From the NCBI RefSeq assembly GCF_003918875.1, contig NW_025767332.1, positions 1 to 64,000 on the forward strand: a stretch of DNA of 64,000 nt, in the 5' to 3' direction. The translations under genes and the position numbers were made by a program. The stretch is from Haliotis rubra (lineage: Eukaryota). Under the pieces are notes generated by a model that was not told where the DNA came from, did not search any database, and saw only the letters and a list, made by a program, of their open reading frames with translations. This document shows positions 37,225-49,183 of this stretch, piece after piece; the first letter of the stretch is position 1, and each line of letters opens with the position of its first letter.

Positions 37225-38582
37225 GGGTTGCATCTGACCCGGATCCTCATGGGTTGCTTCTGACCCGGATCCTGATGGATTGCTTCTGACCCGGATCCTG
37301 ATGGGTTGCATCTGACCCGGATCCTCATGGGTTGCTTCTGACCCGGATCCTCATGGGTTGCTTCTGACCCGGATCCTCATGGGTTCCTTCTGACCCGGAT
37401 CCTCATGGGTTGCTTCTGACCTGGATCCTGATGGGTTGCATCTGACCCGGATCCTCATGGGTTGCTTCTGACCCGGATCCTGATGGGTTGCTTCTGACCC
37501 GGATCCTGATGGGTTGCATCTGACCCGGATCCTCATGGGTTGCTTCAGACCCGGATCCTCATGGGTTGCATCTGACCCGGATCCTCATGGGTTCTATCTG
37601 ACCCGGATCCTCATGGGTTGCATCTCACCCGGATCCTCATGGGTTGCATCTGACCGGGATCCTCATGGGTTGCATCTGACCCGGATCCTCATGGGTTGCT
37701 TCTGACCTGGATCCTCATGGGTTGCTTCTGACCGGGATCCTCGTGGGTTGCTTCTGACTTGGATCCTCATGGGTTGCTTCTGACCCGGATCCTCATGGGT
37801 TGCTTCTGACCCGGATCCTCATGGGTTGCATCTGACCCGGATCCTGATGGGTTGCTTCTGACCTGGATCCTCATGGGTTCCTTCTGACCCGGATCCTCAT
37901 GGGTTGCATCTCACCCGGATCCTGATGGGTTGCTTCTGACCCGGATCCTCATGGGTTCCTTCTGACCCGGATCCTCATGGGTTGCATCTCACCCGGATCC
38001 TGATGGGTTGCTTCTGACTTGGATCCTGATGGGTTGCTTCTGACCCGGATCCTCATGGGTTGCTTCTGACCCGGATCCTCATGGGTTGCATCTGACCCGG
38101 ATCCTGATGGGTTGCATCTGACCCGGATCCTCATGGGTTCCTTCTGACTCGGATCCTCATGGGTTCCTTCTGACCCGGATCCTCATGGGTTGCATCTCAC
38201 CCGGATCCTCATGGGTTGCATCTGACCCGGATCCTCATGGGTTGCTTCTGACCCGGATCCTCATGGGTTGCATCTGACCCGGATCCTGATGGGTTGCATC
38301 TGACCCGGATCCTCATGGGTTCCTTCTGACCCGGATCCTCATGGGTTGCATCTGACCCGGATCCTGATGGGTTGCATCTGACCCGGATCCTGATGGGTTG
38401 CATCTCACCCGGATCCTCGTGGGTTGCTTCTGACCCGGATCCTCATGGGTTGCATCTGACCCGGATCCTCATGGGTTGCTTCTGACCGGGATCCTCATGG
38501 GTTGCATCTGACCCGGATCCTCATGGGTTGCTTCTGACCCGGATCCTGATGGGTTGCATCTGACCCGGATCCTCATAGGTTA
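37225..38582. repeat. 26-bp tandem repeat, about 52 copies
   Basis: tctgacccggatcct(c/g)atgggttgc(t/a). Confidence 0.97.
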
Positions 38583-39354
38583 CATCTTCCTGGGGCATGT
38601 TATTTTATGGATGAAATGCATCCCGCTAGTAGCATTGATTGGGGTGGACGATTCTCTCACGCACCGTCGGGGATTCATGAAATTCACAAGGACTGTAATC
38701 TCTTGAAATCGACTGGGATATTCTAGAAACTAAGGAATTAAACTCTATACAGTACGGCGCCTTTCATAACTGCGAAGGCCCATCATGGAGTGGAACCTCG
38801 ATCAGCGGATCATGGAGGCTTGCGGCGACGCTCTTTAGAATCCAGATCAAACGTCACACAACTGACCACACCGAACTGTCATTGTGCCCACCCGATCCAC
38901 CTTTAAGTCACGGGAACGCTGGGGTAATGTGACATCCTACCCGTTCCCTGTGACCAGCCAGTGGTATGCTGGGATGGATGAAGACAGGTCGAGCAACATT
39001 TCTCCATTACGTTCGACAACGAACTTTGCAGGGTATATGCAAAGTGTAACATAGAACATCACGGCGTGCGTTCGAATTTAAGATAAATTCAAGTCATCGA
39101 GTCTATGGGATACATATGAAGCTGACATTGAAAACACAGCAGTCTGACTAGAAGTGAACAACGACAAAAGACCATACATTCAAAATAAATATTTTGTACA
39201 GCAATATCCACAATTAAGTGTTGTAAGCTCTCAGGAACCTAATGCAAAAGAATTAAAGAAAGATTGGCGAATGGTTAAATAAATATATATAATGGTAAAT
39301 CATATATTTCTTTGGAGCACTAACCTAAATATATATATTCCCGATATTATCTTG

Positions 39355-39590
39355 GTTTGTTAGCTGAATTGTCGTTAAACGCCATACTCAGCTATCTTCC
39401 ACGTATATGGCGACGGTCTGTACATAATCGAGTCTGGACCAGACAATCCAGTGATCAACAGCACGCGCATCTATCTACGCATTTGGGAACCGATGACATG
39501 CGTCAGTCTGACTACCCGATCCCGTTAGTCGCCTCTTACGACAAGCATGGGTTACTGAATATCAAGTTTAACCCGGATCTTCACGGGTCA
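39355..39590 (-). mobile_element. SINE family B
   Basis: Consensus match ending cttcacgggtc. Confidence 0.88.
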
Positions 39591-39917
39591 ATCTGATTAG
39601 AAATTTAAATATACAGATCGAGGACCTCTTTGCCAAGTCGTTTGATGGTAAGTTTATACTGTTTACAATATTCTACCCCGCATAATATCTGTAAGACATG
39701 ACTTAAAACACATCGTGTCATAATTCTGACTGGCAATGTAATATTCTTTGTGTGTGTGCGTGCGTGCGTGCGTGCGTGCGCGTGTGTGAGTGTTGGGTTG
39801 GTGTGGTGTGACGTAGGAGCCGTCACATAATAGTCAAAACATGTCACACTCCGACTGAATTAAAATTTGTTCCTAAACATGTCTGCTGAGTTTGCCCGAC
39901 CCGTGGATCAGCCGGAC

Positions 39918-40144
39918 CTAGATGACAGAGTCGATCTGACAGATGAAGCTCATCAACTCCGTACAGGGGATGTCGTTCCACTTGAAGTAGAAGAACCAGG
40001 CTATAGCGAGACACCGCTCTGTGGGGGAGCTCGGTTCGGTTGACGCCCAGTTGGTCCACGTAGCAACGTCGCCGTCTCCCCACTTGTACTGACCTTGAAC
40101 GTCAAGGTCGTCGGCGCCAATCATGAAGTGAGTCTCACGAACGT
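39918..40144 (-). CDS. Lectin exon 3: C-terminal half of the CTLD
   Basis: ttactgttacag acceptor; EPS and WND motifs; TAG. Confidence 0.93.
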
Positions 40145-43100
40145 CTGTAACAGTAAGAGAGTAAATAATGTTTGAGTAATTACAGCTTAGAAATAGTTAA
40201 CAAAAAACACGACGAAGACAAAAGAGATAGGCTACATGCACACAACTCACATGGGGAATCAAACCCGGTTTTGAGGCTAACGAACGATAGCTTTATCCAC
40301 TAGACTAAAAGGGCCGCATGTATACCCCACTCAGACACAGCATACTGACTCCAGTGATCAACAGCATGAGCATCGATCTACAGGAGCGTAGCTACCATAA
40401 TTTAAAAAAAGCCTGGGCTTACACGATTGTTGCTAAAAAGGCTGGGCAAGCCCTAAATACTATCGAAATATGAACCTTTGTAACCTATCAGGCTTACAAG
40501 AAAAAAATGGCTTGCTACGCGCCTGATCCATGCAATTGGGAACCGATGACATGTGTCAACCAAGTCAGCGAATCTGACCACCCAATCCCGTTAGTCGCCT
40601 CTTACGACAAGCATGGGTTAGTGAATCTCACGTTTAACCGGATCTTCACGGGTCAATCTGATTAGAAATTTAAATATACAGATCGAGGACCTGTATGCCA
40701 AGAACACAAACTTCAACGGCATCATTTGATGCTAAGTTTATACTGTTTACGATATTTGAAGAAAGATAAAGATCTTCACTTAATTTCTTTAAGGAGGGAG
40801 TTACCTACTCTTAATAACTGGCAGTGACGAAATACTATTTTTAATTTGACGGTTGAATATATTTTGACATGAGGATCAAGGCCTACCTGATGAGGCTCTG
40901 AGGAACTCGAACATGTGGAATGATATATCTGCGTCCTTGACCTTGAGGAGGGTGGCGCCCTCTGTCTGGCACGTGACCTTGGCCTGATCGTACGTCTGTT
41001 TCTCCATATGGACCTTGTAACACAGGACTGGTGACCGGTGCATCACGTAGCCAGCGTTATCTGGACAGCGAGCTGAGAAATAGAAAATAGCATCATGATC
41101 GACCGGAAATTTAGATTTGTTTCCTATAGCATCTCAGTATACATGAACCTGTCGCTATATCATCCTTAGTGATCCACGGCATTATAACTCCACCGTATGA
41201 TCATAAGTACCCTGGACCGTTCATTACGAGATTCGTTTTAGAAATGACGTCATCTCCATCACACCAATCACTAAGCTCAGATTTCCTCTCGTCCTTGAGA
41301 GTAGTTTGACTGGGTGGTCATTTTTAGCGCCATGTCTTTCAATCGGACTGAAAACGAAGCCGTAGTTGCGAATGAATGCATTGTGCGTATCAAAAGATAT
41401 AATAACCAGCATGACTGGCTGTGTCACCTTCGACACTTGCCAGGTCTCTCAAATCAGCACTGTTGGGAGGGTCCCTTTAATTAATCCGGTTGACGCACTG
41501 TATGTATCAGGGTCTGGGTGGTCAGTCTCGTTGACATTGTTTTTTGCGTGTCACCGTGCGCCGACGTCGTTGATTGGTGCTCACTATATCAACCACTGGA
41601 TTGTCTAGATCTGGTCCAAAATTGTATTCTGTTCAGGTCGAAGTTGTACGGATGGGGCAGATGCTAAACAACAGCCAGATGATGCGTATCTCAAACTAAA
41701 TCATTTGATGTGTGGAGGTATTTTTGATGATGGTTACTTTTTGTCAATGTTATGTGTTGTGATGTAACCTCACCCAGCAGTATTCAATACATCAGTATAT
41801 TTGTTTATTTTTTAATCAAAACTTTCCGGAGACATTGATTATATCAATTCTGGATCACCTTCGCCAGGAGTGAGTAAGTGAGGTTTAGATTTTACGCCGC
41901 TTTTAGCAATATTCCAGCAATATCACGACGGGGACACCAGAAATGGGCTTCACACATTATGTCAAAGTGGAGAATCGAACCTGGATCTTCGGCGTGACGA
42001 GCGAACACCTTAACCACTAATCTACCCCACCGCCCCACCGCCCCACCTTCGCAAGGAGCTACTGATCTGTGTGCCATCAGTGTTAATCACGGGCCTGTGG
42101 ATCACACACGTGACTTGTAACGAATGTAAACACCTTCGACCTAGTGCTGTAGTCGCTGTCAGTGACCCGTATTGTATCGATTAACTAAACCCACAACATC
42201 GATTACGCAGCCAGTGGGCGTGTCTGGGTGATCACGTTGCATGTTTTGTGGTATTTCCGGTAAATAAATCATGAACTAAAATACACATTTATTTTTCTCA
42301 GACTTCTGGAACAATAAGCGCCTTCAGAATCGATTTGCGGGAGGAGAAAGTGGGTTTTCACGCTAGCTAAACTGAGTTTACGGATGTTATGTGCTTGTTC
42401 GTTTTCTGTTTATTAAATCCTACCAAAGGTTGCATGGACAGATATTCTTTCCCTGAATCCCAACGAAACATTTCTCAATGCTCTCTACCTCTACACATCT
42501 TGATGCAATGTTTTAAGCTCGTAATGATGTATATAATCTCCCTGAGGGTGCTTTGATTAAACAAGTTTCATGAAGAAAATGTGTTGAAAGTCAAGCAAGT
42601 ATATACTGAACCCTTGCTGCGAAGGAGTGAATTTTGTTTTATGCCGCTTTCAGCATATCTAGTAAAAGCGCGGTGGGGGGCACAGGAAACGAGGTTCACA
42701 CATTGTACCCATACAACAGAATAGAACCCAGGACTGCCATGTAAGGCACCTGCGCTTTGTCCAGTAAGCGTCCCCGTCTTACCTCGATACTTGAAGTCCT
42801 GGGGGCAGAAAAATTCCAATCGAGCTACCCGTAGTTCAAGAGTTCAACCCTTACTAGACAATTGTGTCAATACGTATTCGACTGTTATGTTTCCTGTTTC
42901 ATTGTACATAAATAAAAAAACATAATGTCAAAACAACCCTTTAGAAATAATTGATGCCCCAATCGTTTCACTGGAGTTAATCAGCACTATTCACCATTCT
43001 TGTCGCTTTCGCATCTATAACGACCAACAATATTGCCGATGTGACGTTAAATATTAACTCACTCACTCACTATAAGGACCAACCAGCATCTACATCAGTC

Positions 43101-46100
43101 AAGTCGACCAGAACATCCTTGTGGACGTTCCTCTAGCATTAAGATAAGACGCTCCGATCAACTCAATATCACCCCCTGGAACCACTGTCCTGCAGAGGTG
43201 CAGTGATAGGGTGACTGTCCGCCTGTGTTTGCAGTGATCGCGTGCTTGTTTTGACGGTAAATGTAAGTTCGGTGTTAAATATCTAGTCACCATTTGTGAA
43301 AGACGAACAATATCATTAAAATATTAACATTTCACGAGTGCGAAGGTTCTGATGGTTATTTATAGAAAGTTTTAAGTTGCTAGGTTAAACATGAAGAAAG
43401 CAATCAGCGATTATCGGCGGAACATACCTTTTCACGTAGACAAATACTAAGTTTATTTGAAATATAATTTCATTTTTCTTATGCATGACATACACAGTTA
43501 AAGATTATCACCAACAGTAGCTTCTGTGAAAAGAGGAAGTCATTCAGGTGAAAATTGAAGAAGGTATTGTACAAAATGTATTCAGTGAAGTGATCGCGGG
43601 ATTACAGTGGACACAGAATTCAGTGATCGGAAATTTGGAATATGCAGTGATCGGAATTTTCTGTACACCTTTTCTTAAATTTTATCGAAAATATTGAATA
43701 GGTGGGTGTTTCGATGTAACAAAGTATATTTTCAATCAATTTCAGACTTAGCAACATGGATGAGAAGGTTAGGTGTGGATAGTGCCCTTATATGGATGAC
43801 TTTTCTACAGTTGTGAATCACTGTGTGCAGACACATTTAGATTTGAAAATAAAGACAATGACCAAAACATTTAATATAAACAAAGGCAAGAATCAGAATT
43901 TATGACATTCTACTAAGCGAACATGAGGGTACAAAAAAGACATTACACATCTGCAAAACATTAAATCTCTATCTATATAGTACATTCAGACACAGAGCCC
44001 TCTAGGCGAAACAGCGAAGCAGAGGGGCCGGGATATATCACCAAATGTCAAGCAGAGGGGCAGGGATATATCACCAAATGTGAAACAGAGGGGCCGGGAT
44101 ATATCACCAAATGTCAAGCAGAGGGGCCGGGATATATCACCAAATGTCAAGCAGAGGGGCCGGGATATATCACCAAATGTCAAGCAGATGGGCCGGGATA
44201 TATCACCAAATGTCAAGCAGAGGGGCCGGGATATATCACCAAATGTCAAGCAGATGGGCGGGATATATCACCAAATGTGAAGCAGAGGGCAAGGATATAT
44301 CACCAAATGTCAAGCAGATGGGCAGGGATATATCACCAAATGTCAAGCAGAGGTGCCGGGATATATCACCAAATGTCAAGCAGAGGGGCCGGGATATATC
44401 ACCAAATGTCAAGCAGAGGGGCCGGGATATATCACCAAATGTCAAGCAGAGGGGCCGGGATATATCACCAAATGTCAAGCAGAGGGGCAGGGATATATCA
44501 CCAAATGTGAAGCAGAGGGCCGGGATATATCACCAAATGTCAAGCAGAGGGCAGGATATATCACCAAATGTGAAGCAGATGGGTCGGGATATATCACCAA
44601 ATGTCAAGCAGAGGGCCGGGATATATCACCAAATGTCAAGCAGAGGGGCCGGGATATATCACCAAATGTCAAGCAGAGGGGCCGGGATATATCACCAAAT
44701 GTGAAGCAGATGGGCCGGGATATATCACCAAATGTCAAGCAGAGGGGCCGGGATATATCACCAAATGTCAAGCAGATGGGCAGGGATATATCACCAAATG
44801 TGAAGCAGAGGTGCCGGGATATATCACCAAATGTGAAGCAGATGGGTCGGGATATATCACCAAATGTGAAGCAGAGGGGCCGGGATATATCACCAAATGT
44901 CAAGCAGAGGGGCAGGGATATATCACCAAATGTGAAGCAGAAGGGCCGGGATATATCACCAAATGTCAAGCAGAGGGGCCGGGATATATCACCAAATGTG
45001 AAGCAGATGGGTCGGGATATATCACCAAATGTCAAGCAGAGGGGCCGGGATATATCACCAAATGTGAAGCAGATGGGCCGGGATATATCACCAAATGTCA
45101 AGCAGAGGGGCCGGGATATATCACCAAATGTGAAGCAGATGGGTCGGGATATATCACCAAATGTCAAGCAGAGGGCCGGGATATATCACCAAATGTGAAG
45201 CAGAGGGGCGGGATATATCACCAAATGTGAAGCAGATGGGCAGGATATATCACCAAATGTCAAGCAGAGGGGCCCGGATATATCACCAAATGTCAAGCAG
45301 AGGGGCCGGGATATATCACCAAATGTCAAGCAGAGGGGCCCGGATATATCACCAAATGTGAAGCAGAGGGGCCGGGATATATCACCAAATGTCAAGCAGA
45401 GGGGCCGGGATATATCACCCAATGTGAAGCAGAAGGGCCGGGATATATCACCAAATGTGAAGCAGATGGGTCGGGATATATCACCAAATGTGAAGCAGAG
45501 GGGCCGGGATATATCACCAAATGTGAAGCAGAGGGGCAGGGATATATCACCAAATGTGAAAGTTGTGAGGATGTTGATGGGAAGTTGAGTATGACGCGTA
45601 TATCCGTGAAATGACATCATCGATACCTGATGTGATGAAAAAACTTCACCGTGCTGATCATATCACATACTTCGTTAGCTTTCTGAATCTTATAGGCACC
45701 GGAACCTTTTCACATTTCCTTTTGCCAAACGTGTTTAGTATTGTGACTGAATTTAGTCAAGCATACAAAATATTCGGATTGGTCTGTGACCCCCGACACT
45801 ACTCACAGATATTTGTAGTTGACCAACTAATCGGGGTACACCAGAAATGGGCTCCACACACTGTACCCATGTGGGGAATCGAACCCTCGTCCTCGGCGTA
45901 TTGAGCGAACCGCTTTACCCGCCAGGCTAACCCAACGCCCCAGTGGTGTTGAAGCAAAGCTAAACACACCCCTTATAGTATACACACATGCGAAATGACT
46001 AGCTCTGCATCAGTACTGAATAAAATTTTGTTTGTTTCATTCTGGACAGTAAACATGGGTGTTTACTTCATTTTGCCCTATTGTTCATACGCTGGTTCAT

Positions 46101-47197
46101 TCAGAACATTAACCTTTTCAAATTAATACGAGGTGAATATGACTTCAGTGACACGTACAGTGGCACGATGAACAGGTGTATTACTCACATAAAACATCAC
46201 TCGGTGCGTAAATGAAGTCAACAAGTTGTATTGCAGAAAGCCGCTATGAATGCTATGTACCCTCACCATGTTTAAATAAAAAAGGGAGCCAAGATCCCAA
46301 AAAAAGGACAGGGCGCCAAATAAAAAGGGGAGGGCGCCAAATTAAAAGGGGAGTGGGGCAAACAAAAAGGGGAACCAAATAAAAAGGACAGGGCGCCAAA
46401 TATAAAGGAAGCCCAATAAAAGGACAGGGCGCCAAATAAGAAGGAGAGGGCGCAAAAAGGGGGGGGCACATAAATAGGGGAGGGGGGAATAAAAAGGACA
46501 GGCCACCAAATAAAAAGGACAGGGCGGGCACCACATAAAACGGAGAGGGCACCATATAAAAAAAAGGAGGGCGCCAAATAATAGGGGAGCCAAATTAAAA
46601 GGCCAGGGCCCCAAATAAAAAGGACAGGGCACCAAATAAAAAGGACAGGGTGCCACTTAAAATGGAGAGGGCGCCAGATAAATAGGGCAGGGCGCCAGAT
46701 AAAAAGGGAGCTCGCCAAATAAAAAAGGGAGGGTGCCAAATAAAAAGGGCAGGGCGCCAAATAAAAAAGGACAGGCGTCAAATAAAAAGGGGAGGGCGCT
46801 GCGCACTTCTAAAAATGCCTTGGGAAACGCCAGGTGGGAACAGTGCTGTAGCAAGGCTTCTCGATGTGAATATGGGTGTTTCTTTATTACCTTCCGTCAT
46901 CTTGAAATACCAAAATCCATGATGAGATGTTGCGTCTCCAGGCGTGATAAACAAGACGGAGTGAAGCTGGCACACCTTATCTCCCTTGCTGTAGAAGAAT
47001 GACCCACACTTGGGATCGTTGTAACACTTGACGGCGCACCACGTCAGACTGAAGGCACCGGTGAAACGGTCAATCAAGTAGGTCGTCATCAGCTTGTTGT
47101 CAAACTGACCCTGACGTAAACCTAGACCGTCTCCTTTCGCATGATTGGCCAAACACAATAACAGGAGGACCAATGGGCAAGGCGGAATGGACGACAT
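39918..47197 (-). CDS. Secreted PAN/Apple + C-type lectin protein (perlucin-like CTLD), 239 aa. Exons 47197-46891, 41072-40887, 40144-39918
   Basis: tcaaaATG start; signal peptide MSSIPPCPLVLLLLCLANHAKG; PAN pattern CAVKC...CGSFFY...CQLH; GT-AG phase-1 introns; CTLD CP..GY...CY...AKVTC...IGADD...W...NW...EPS...ERC...WNDIPC...FIC; 307+186+227=720 nt open to TAG. Confidence 0.93.
40350..40654 (-). mobile_element. Partial SINE family B containing a 145-bp MITE (40381-40525)
   Basis: atcta|caggagcgtagc...gctacgcgcctg|atcca interrupts the family B consensus. Confidence 0.8.
40887..41072 (-). CDS. Lectin exon 2: N-terminal half of the CTLD
   Basis: tttctcag acceptor, G|GTAGGC donor; RCPDNAGYVMHRSPVLCYKVHMEKQTYDQAKVTCQTEGATL. 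Confidence 0.92.
41868..42035 (-). mobile_element. SINE family A (lectin intron 1)
   Basis: Consensus match. Confidence 0.88.
44016..45560. repeat. 33-bp tandem repeat, about 47 copies, intronic
   Basis: aagcagaggggccgggatatatcaccaaatgt(c/g). Confidence 0.97.
45833..45940 (-). mobile_element. SINE family A, partial
   Basis: Consensus match. Confidence 0.75.
46275..46800. repeat. Degenerate ~21-bp purine-rich tandem repeat
   Basis: Variants of aaataaaaaggacagggcgcc. Confidence 0.9.
46891..47197 (-). CDS. Lectin exon 1: signal peptide + PAN/Apple domain
   Basis: ATG at 47197; G|GTAATA donor. Confidence 0.9.
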
Positions 47198-48065
47198 TTT
47201 GAAAGTTCAACTTCGGTGGAAACTTGGTGCCAAGTAAAACGTTCAACAACACTTTAGAAAATCTATTGTTTGTTGATCACATTCAGACTGTTTGAGAGAC
47301 TGAGGTTCTGTACCATTGACTAGAACGTCATCTTTGTGCCAATCATAGGTTCGCTACCTGCCGTAACCCTCTCAGCATCTCTGGAATGACATCGATCTGG
47401 TTGGACCGTGACGAGACAAGCCGCAAGGTCGCCCTGTCAGTATATCCCCAGGCTCTGAGAGCTAATTTAAAAGATAACTGATATTTCTTTTCAAAGTTGT
47501 TTCTCTGACAAACTAAACAAATGTCAAGGTTTTTACGTATGCTCATCTAAAATGTATTGATGGGATTGTCGTTTCAGTTTTGTCGTGACTTGATATTGTT
47601 TCCATTCATAACGCTAGCTGAGACGCAGAATAATGGGTCTGTTGTCTCGGCGAACCGTGGCTGCTGAGTCCGACAAAGATCTGCAATGGAAGCAAAATAG
47701 ATGAAAGGATGAAATGTGTTCGATATTCACTTTCATCATCGACAACATGTTAGCGTTATTCAGCTTTATGGACACATTGCTTTGGTTTCAATGACAGTGT
47801 AAATATTACTAGAGTAACTTTGTAGTCTCCCATGTTATCGTTACACAAAAACGCCGCTTGTGAGTACCACTAATTTGTCAAGTGAATTTTTAGTGTGACA
47901 CTATTTTTTTACAGCAGTCGCACGACAGGAGTACTACTGCTGTCTATTTTTAAAAAAATATTTTCCTCCAGTGAATGTAACGTTCAAAGGTTTCATTTCT
48001 TACAAATGTAGAATGTATTACAATTCTAAAAATCTCTTAACAACAATTTAACTGTTAATCTCTTC

Positions 48066-48395
48066 CCGACGGTTAACCATAAACGACTTGACGATGGTCA
48101 ACCATGAAACGACTTGATGGTTAACCGTTAAACGACTTGACGATGGTCAACCATGAAACGACTTGATGGATAACCATAAACGACCTGACGATGGTCAACC
48201 ATGAAACGACTTGATGGTTAACCGTTAAACGACTTGACAACGGTTAGCCATAAAACGACTTGACAACGGTCAACAATATAACGACTTGACGACGGTTAAC
48301 CGTTAAACAACCGGACGACGGCTAACCGTCAAAAGACTTGACGACGGTCAACAATAAAACGACTTGACAATGATTAACCATTAAATGACTTGACT
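48066..48395. repeat. Degenerate ~21-23-bp tandem repeat
   Basis: Variants of gacggttaaccataaacgactt. Confidence 0.88.
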
Positions 48396-48770
48396 ATTTA
48401 TGTCAACTATAACATAAACTATGTCAGTTAGCCGGACCACCCGATTAAATAGGTCGCCTAGTATAACAAGGATGGATTCAAACCCGTACCTACACGGTGT
48501 ACCTACAAATTGGGTAACTAGTATGATGTATAAGCTTAAAACTACAAAACCATAAATATCGAAATAGTGTTATACTTAGAATACTTTAAACCAAACGGAA
48601 AGCAGCTTACACCATGTAGTGTAATCTTGATAATTCAGTGTTTACACTCACGAACAAGAGCGTCCTCGATAATCTCCAGGGTATACGTCACGATCACTCT
48701 CCACTGTCGTCACGTATGCCCTGGAGATTATCGAGAATGGAACAAAAGAGGTTTTGTGTTTATTTGTAAC

Positions 48771-49183
48771 GAACCCGTGAACATCCGGGTAGAATTAATC
48801 TTAAGAAACCCATGCCTGTCGCAAGAGGTGGCTAACGGGATCGGGTGGTCGAGCACACTGACTGACTGACTGAGTTTTGGTTTTACGCCGCTTTTAGCAA
48901 TATTCCAGCAACATCACGGCGGGGGACACCAGAAATGGGCTTCACACATGTACCCATGTGGGGATTCGAACCCGGGTCTTCGGCGTGACGAGCCAACGCT
49001 TTAACCACTAGGCTACCCCACCGCCCTCAGGCACACTGACTTGGTTGACATAAGCCATCGTATCCCAATGTGCGTTGAACGATGGTCATGATGGTGATCA
49101 CTGGATTGTCTGGTCCAGACTCGATTATTTACAGACCGCCACAATATTCTGGAATATTGCTGAGTGCGGCGTTAAACAACAAA
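48771..49183 (+). mobile_element. SINE family B with a nested antisense family A SINE (48861-49026)
   Basis: The nested copy is flanked by gcacactgact on both sides. Confidence 0.9.

Noticed and set aside
43986-45620. Long repetitive ORFs as proteins
   Set aside because: By-products of a 33-bp unit inside the lectin intron; the frames shift at unit indels.
46253-46854. Hydrophobic F/L/P-rich ORFs
   Set aside because: Translation of a purine-rich 21-bp repeat; the real exon ends at the donor at 46891.
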